From contig JANNQV010000017.1 of NCBI GenBank assembly GCA_031400935.1, positions 124,001 through 145,470 of the forward strand: 21,470 nucleotides of DNA, given 5' to 3'. A program made the position numbers and the translations under genes. The notes below the pieces were generated by a model, which was given only the letters and a program-made list of their open reading frames with translations, searched no databases and was not told where the DNA came from. Source of the DNA: Armatimonadota bacterium. Its GTDB lineage: Bacteria > Armatimonadota > Fimbriimonadia > Fimbriimonadales > Fimbriimonadaceae. The stretch's first letter is position 1. Each line of letters opens with the position of its first letter. Shown here one piece after another: positions 17,762 to 21,470 of this stretch.

Positions 17762-17859
17762 TGACTCCGGAAGAGTCAAAGCCCAATAGTCTGGGGTCGA
17801 ACTTGAGAGACCCCAGGTTCAAATATCGCCTCGCTTCTGCATCCTGGAGGGATGCCAGC
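17762..17859 (+). repeat. Composite REP/BIME-like palindromic element
   Basis: Three hairpins: TGACTC-cggaa-GAGTCA, CTGGGGTC-N10-GACCCCAG and GCATCC-tggag-GGATGC followed by CAGC. Confidence 0.6.
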
Positions 17860-17938
17860 TACGGATACGGCGCTTTTCAACATTCTCCGACCAAGGTTGA
17901 CGGGGCAGACATTCCTCGCGAACATGTGGAAGGGGCGT

Positions 17939-18343
17939 TTAGATGGGTTGCCAATCCCGTATCGGTTTGACAGTCGCGCAACAGGGCAGGCCGTCTTTTG
18001 CTTTGCCAGGCAGAAGGATTTCGATTACATGGCCCGAGTCCACCATCGCTTGATCAATCGTCTCGACGTAGATTTTCGCCCGGCGGCTCACCACCCCCGT
18101 TCCGTCTCGCCACACGATATAGATGAACCTGCCCTTGCCGTCCTTTTGGATCGCCTCGCCACGCAGAGGAAGCTGCCCGTCTCGAACCTGGGCATGAGCC
18201 ACGAACCTTGCTTCCGCCCCATTCATCCGCTGCCAATCCTTAACAAATCCAGCCGAGCCGGAGCCGATCTGAACTCCGCCCAACACCCCGGGCGTGGTGG
18301 AATCTAGGATGATGTGAAGCTCGACGTCTCGTATTTCAGGCAT
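17939..18343 (-). CDS. DUF5990 family protein
   Basis: GVQIG, GRFIYIVW...RRAKI and KDGLPCCATVKP motifs. Confidence 0.85.
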   Translation of the reverse strand: MPEIRDVELHIILDSTTPGVLGGVQIGSGSAGFVKDWQRMNGAEARFVAHAQVRDGQLPLRGEAIQKDGKGRFIYIVWRDGTGVVSRRAKIYVETIDQAMVDSGHVIEILLPGKAKDGLPCCATVKPIRDWQPI

Positions 18344-18385
18344 TTGTGTTCATTCTAGTCGATCCGGCGCTGAGACCCTTGAAAA

Positions 18386-18402
18386 GCTTGTTCCGAACAA
18401 GC
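18386..18402. promoter_or_regulatory. 8-1-8 palindrome, putative operator in a divergent promoter region
   Basis: GCTTGTTC-C-GAACAAGC lies between divergent starts 18343 and 18420. Confidence 0.5.
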
Positions 18403-18419
18403 ATCATCCATAATGGACC

Positions 18420-19583
18420 ATGCTTCCTTTATTAGGTGCTTTGTGGGTTACTCTCTCGCTTTCACCTGTATCAAATGAGAAAATCGAATTCACTAAAATC
18501 ATATTGGATAAGCGATTTGTTGCCGAGGGAGTAGCAGCAGGCGATGTCAATCGTGACGGCAAGCTCGATATCATTGCTGGAAATGTGTGGTATCAGGCGC
18601 CATACAAAGTTGGTTCAAACTGGCAAACTCATGAAATTGCACCTGTTGCATCCCTGGATCCCAAGACTCAGTACAGTAACTGTTTTCATACATGGATGGC
18701 TGATCTGAACGGAGATGGCTGGTTAGATCAGATTCTCATAGGGATGCCGGGCGAAAAGGCTGTGTGGCGGGAAAACCCTAAGAATCCAACTAAGACATGG
18801 AGCGAGTATTTGCTCAGCCAGAGCGCATGCAACGAGACTCCCCTGTACGCCGACTTGTTTGGGAACGGTAGAAAGGTGCTGATGTTAGGGATCTACAGCG
18901 ATTACCTAGCCTGGCTCGAACCAGCTGCAAATCCAACAGCACCATGGGCGATTCACCGAGTAAGCGGACCCAAAGGAGCAGGTTCGCAGCGATACTCTCA
19001 TGGTTTAGGCGTTGGCGACCTTGATGGCGATGGACGCAACGAAATCCTAACGACAGGCGGATATTACGTCATGCCGAAGAACCCGGTCGACAGTCCGTGG
19101 ACCTTTGTGAAAGCTGACCTGGGACCGGATTGCGCAAACATGTTGACACTGCGAATGGTGACGTCAAAGCGAACGCGAATTTACACGACCTCTGCCCATG
19201 CGCGAGGAGTTTGGGAGTTTTTTCTTGACAACTCAAATGAGTACAAACGATTGCTCATCGATCAAAAAATTTCGCAAACCCATGCGGCCAACTGGGGGAA
19301 AATGGGCTCCTCGCTCTATCCAAACTTAATCACTGGCAAACGAAAATGGGCACATCCTCCTGGTGTGGACGTTGGTTCAGAAGAGCCATCCGTTCTAGTT
19401 CGGTACGAGTCAGTCGATAGTGGACATGGGTTCGGAGTTTGGGATTGCCATGTGATCGATGACGACTCCGGAGTTGGCACGCAATTCGTTGTTCAGGATG
19501 TAAATGAAGATCGTCTTGTTGACATTGCAACGGCCAACAAGAACGGAGTCTTTTTGTTCTTGCAAAGACCGAAGCAAAAGTGA
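18420..19583 (+). CDS. FG-GAP/VCBS repeat (beta-propeller) exported protein
   Basis: Repeated DxNxDGxxD motifs (GDVNRDGKLDI, ADLNGDGWLD, GDLDGDGRNEI, QDVNEDRLVDI) and a signal peptide. Confidence 0.92.
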   Translation: MLPLLGALWVTLSLSPVSNEKIEFTKIILDKRFVAEGVAAGDVNRDGKLDIIAGNVWYQAPYKVGSNWQTHEIAPVASLDPKTQYSNCFHTWMADLNGDGWLDQILIGMPGEKAVWRENPKNPTKTWSEYLLSQSACNETPLYADLFGNGRKVLMLGIYSDYLAWLEPAANPTAPWAIHRVSGPKGAGSQRYSHGLGVGDLDGDGRNEILTTGGYYVMPKNPVDSPWTFVKADLGPDCANMLTLRMVTSKRTRIYTTSAHARGVWEFFLDNSNEYKRLLIDQKISQTHAANWGKMGSSLYPNLITGKRKWAHPPGVDVGSEEPSVLVRYESVDSGHGFGVWDCHVIDDDSGVGTQFVVQDVNEDRLVDIATANKNGVFLFLQRPKQK

Positions 19584-19617
19584 TTTTCTGGGCTCGTGCG
19601 GTTATACTTAGCCTGCC

Positions 19618-21219
19618 ATGTCCATTCTCGTCGCTATCCCGATGATCGCCGCGTTCACCATTGCGCAAGGCTCTGCGAATTCCACTTCCGGAGGCGTTCT
19701 CAAGCTCGAACAAGCCGCCTATGACGTCCAGTCGTACGACATCTCCATCAAGGTCGATCCAGCGAAGAAGACGATCAATGGTAGGACCATCTTAGAGGCC
19801 AAGACCGTCATCCCCACCGCGTCCATCCTGCTTGACCTGCAGGCGCCTTTCACGGTTTCCAAAGTCACCGATGGAAAGAGCCCTTTGCGCTTCGATCGCC
19901 TAAAAGACGCCATGCGCATTCGCTTCCCGCTCTCCAAACAACCGGGAGACCCGATCCGCATCGAAATCGAGTACGCGGGCGCGCCGCAAGTAGCGCGCAA
20001 CGCACCCTGGGACGGAGGCATCGTATGGGCGAAGACGCCCAGCGGAGCAGACTGGATTTCGGTCGCCCTTCAGGGAGACGGTGCCGACATTCTCTTTCCT
20101 TGCAAGGACCATCCATCAGACCGCCCGAACCACGCCAACATGCGGCTGACAGTGCCGGACCCGCTCATCGCCGTCGGCCCTGGTCGGCTTGAGAAAGTGA
20201 CCAAGAACACGGACAAAACCTCGACCTTTTTCTGGAACATGCCCTTGCCCATCAACAATTATTCGTTAGTCTTCAATGCTGCGCCCTACTCGCTGGTAAA
20301 GGACTCGCTAAAGTCGGTGGGGGGAGAGACGATCCCGATCCACTTCTACGTCCTCCCCGAAAACAAGGACAAGGCTCCCAAGCTCATTGCAGAACAGAAG
20401 AAATACCTTACGTTTATGGAGAAGTATTGCGGCCCTTTCCCGTTCCGAACCGTGAAGTGCGGCATCGTCGAGACGCCCCATCTCGGCATGGAACATTCGA
20501 CTGCGACGGCGTACGGGAACCGCTATCGATTCGCAGCGGACGGATATGACTGGCTCCTACTGCACGAGTTCGGCCACGAGTGGTGGGCTAATCTCGTTTC
20601 GAACGCCGACTGGCGTGATATGTGGATCCACGAGGGCTTCCAGAGCTTCATGGACACGTTCTACATTGAGCAGATCCGCGGAAAAGAGGCGTACTTCAAT
20701 GCGATGAAGGGCCGGCGGCGGAACGTTCGTAACGCTGCGCCGGTCGCTCCCCGGGAGGAGACCTCAAGCGAGGCCTACGGGGGCGACATCTACGACAAAG
20801 GCGCCCTCACCCTCCACGCACTCCGCTATCTTGTCGGCGATGCGGCACTGCTCCGCTCGATCCGCCGCATGGCGTATCCCACACCTGAATCAGAAAGGTG
20901 GACCGATGGCCGCGCCCTCCGATCCGTGACGACAGACGATTTTGTCAACATCGCTTCAACTGAGGCGAAGCAAGATTTGCGCTGGTTCTTCGAAGTGTAT
21001 GTTCGCCAAGCCAAGCTTCCCTCACTAAAGGTCGAGGCATCCAGTGGCGTTCTGCGGCTCGAATGGGTGACGCCCGAAAACCTCCCATTCCCGATGCCTG
21101 TCGAAGTCTTGAAGGATGGCAAGGCTGTTCGCGTTGCAATGCCGGGCGGAAAGGGCTCAGTAACATACTCAGGAACAGTCCCAATTGTAGACCCGAACGG
21201 TTGGGTCTTGAAGCAATAA
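19618..21219 (+). CDS. M1 family zinc metallopeptidase (aminopeptidase N-like), exported
   Basis: GMEH, HEFGHEWW (HExxH), WIHEGF third ligand, and IYDKG catalytic Tyr region. Confidence 0.95.
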   Translation: MSILVAIPMIAAFTIAQGSANSTSGGVLKLEQAAYDVQSYDISIKVDPAKKTINGRTILEAKTVIPTASILLDLQAPFTVSKVTDGKSPLRFDRLKDAMRIRFPLSKQPGDPIRIEIEYAGAPQVARNAPWDGGIVWAKTPSGADWISVALQGDGADILFPCKDHPSDRPNHANMRLTVPDPLIAVGPGRLEKVTKNTDKTSTFFWNMPLPINNYSLVFNAAPYSLVKDSLKSVGGETIPIHFYVLPENKDKAPKLIAEQKKYLTFMEKYCGPFPFRTVKCGIVETPHLGMEHSTATAYGNRYRFAADGYDWLLLHEFGHEWWANLVSNADWRDMWIHEGFQSFMDTFYIEQIRGKEAYFNAMKGRRRNVRNAAPVAPREETSSEAYGGDIYDKGALTLHALRYLVGDAALLRSIRRMAYPTPESERWTDGRALRSVTTDDFVNIASTEAKQDLRWFFEVYVRQAKLPSLKVEASSGVLRLEWVTPENLPFPMPVEVLKDGKAVRVAMPGGKGSVTYSGTVPIVDPNGWVLKQ

Positions 21220-21240
21220 TCCGCGTTGAAATTGGACAGA

Positions 21241-21470
21241 TTATCCCCCCGCTTGCATTCGAATATCGGAAATCCCGTTATACGTTCCCCCGGCGTTGTA
21301 CGTCCCGCCACCGGAGTACGTCTGCCGGACATAGCCAAAGACCAGCCATGGATTTTTTTGGCCAGAAATTTTGGCTAACACCAAAACACCCATGCTTCGA
21401 TAAGTTGGAAGGTCATATTCGTTTTTGGTGATGATCCATTGGCCGGTGTCCAAACCTGACTTGAGAATCG
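21241..21470 (-). CDS. C-terminal part of a hypothetical protein (start outside the window)
   Basis: Frame is open to the window edge (ILKSGLDTGQWII...QTYSGGGTY...) and stops at TAA 21241-21243. Confidence 0.7.
   Translation of the reverse strand, partial: ILKSGLDTGQWIITKNEYDLPTYRSMGVLVLAKISGQKNPWLVFGYVRQTYSGGGTYNAGGTYNGISDIRMQAGG

Noticed and set aside
1..21470. Genome-wide stop-codon reassignment (UGA or UAG as sense)
   Set aside because: TGA cleanly ends recognisable genes (e.g. 5435, 9872, 14090, 19583), and so does TAG (e.g. 304, 6968, 13373).
1..21470. CRISPR array, tRNA (including tRNA-Sec) or rRNA
   Set aside because: No regularly spaced direct repeats and no cloverleaf or rRNA signature found by eye. 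Sec machinery, if present, must lie outside this window.

Overview
Gene-dense, mixed-orientation bacterial window with about 25 CDS, mostly exported, membrane or accessory proteins. Recognisable products include an RRM RNA-binding protein, a GNAT acetyltransferase, two SAM-methyltransferase-like proteins, DUF3500, BI-1/YccA, DUF1905, CBM9/DUF5916, DinB, DUF5990, an FG-GAP repeat protein and an M1 aminopeptidase. The protein style is reminiscent of Armatimonadota (inference only). No rRNA, tRNA, CRISPR array or intact transposase is visible. The main finding is that minus-strand ORFs 15609-15854 and 14775-15602 form one reading frame interrupted only by an in-frame UGA (15609-15611). That UGA sits where the Sec codon of eukaryotic selenoprotein N (SELENON) aligns and is followed by a bacterial-SECIS-like hairpin, giving a candidate exported 359-aa SELENON-like selenoprotein with no cysteine. 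Other points: a CxxCH cytochrome gene broken by an in-frame UAG, a probably frameshifted gene at 8373-8980, several apparently leaderless genes, a DnaA box plus G-rich heptamers at the RRM promoter, and two kinds of REP-like palindromic elements. All family assignments come from motif recognition by eye, not database searches.
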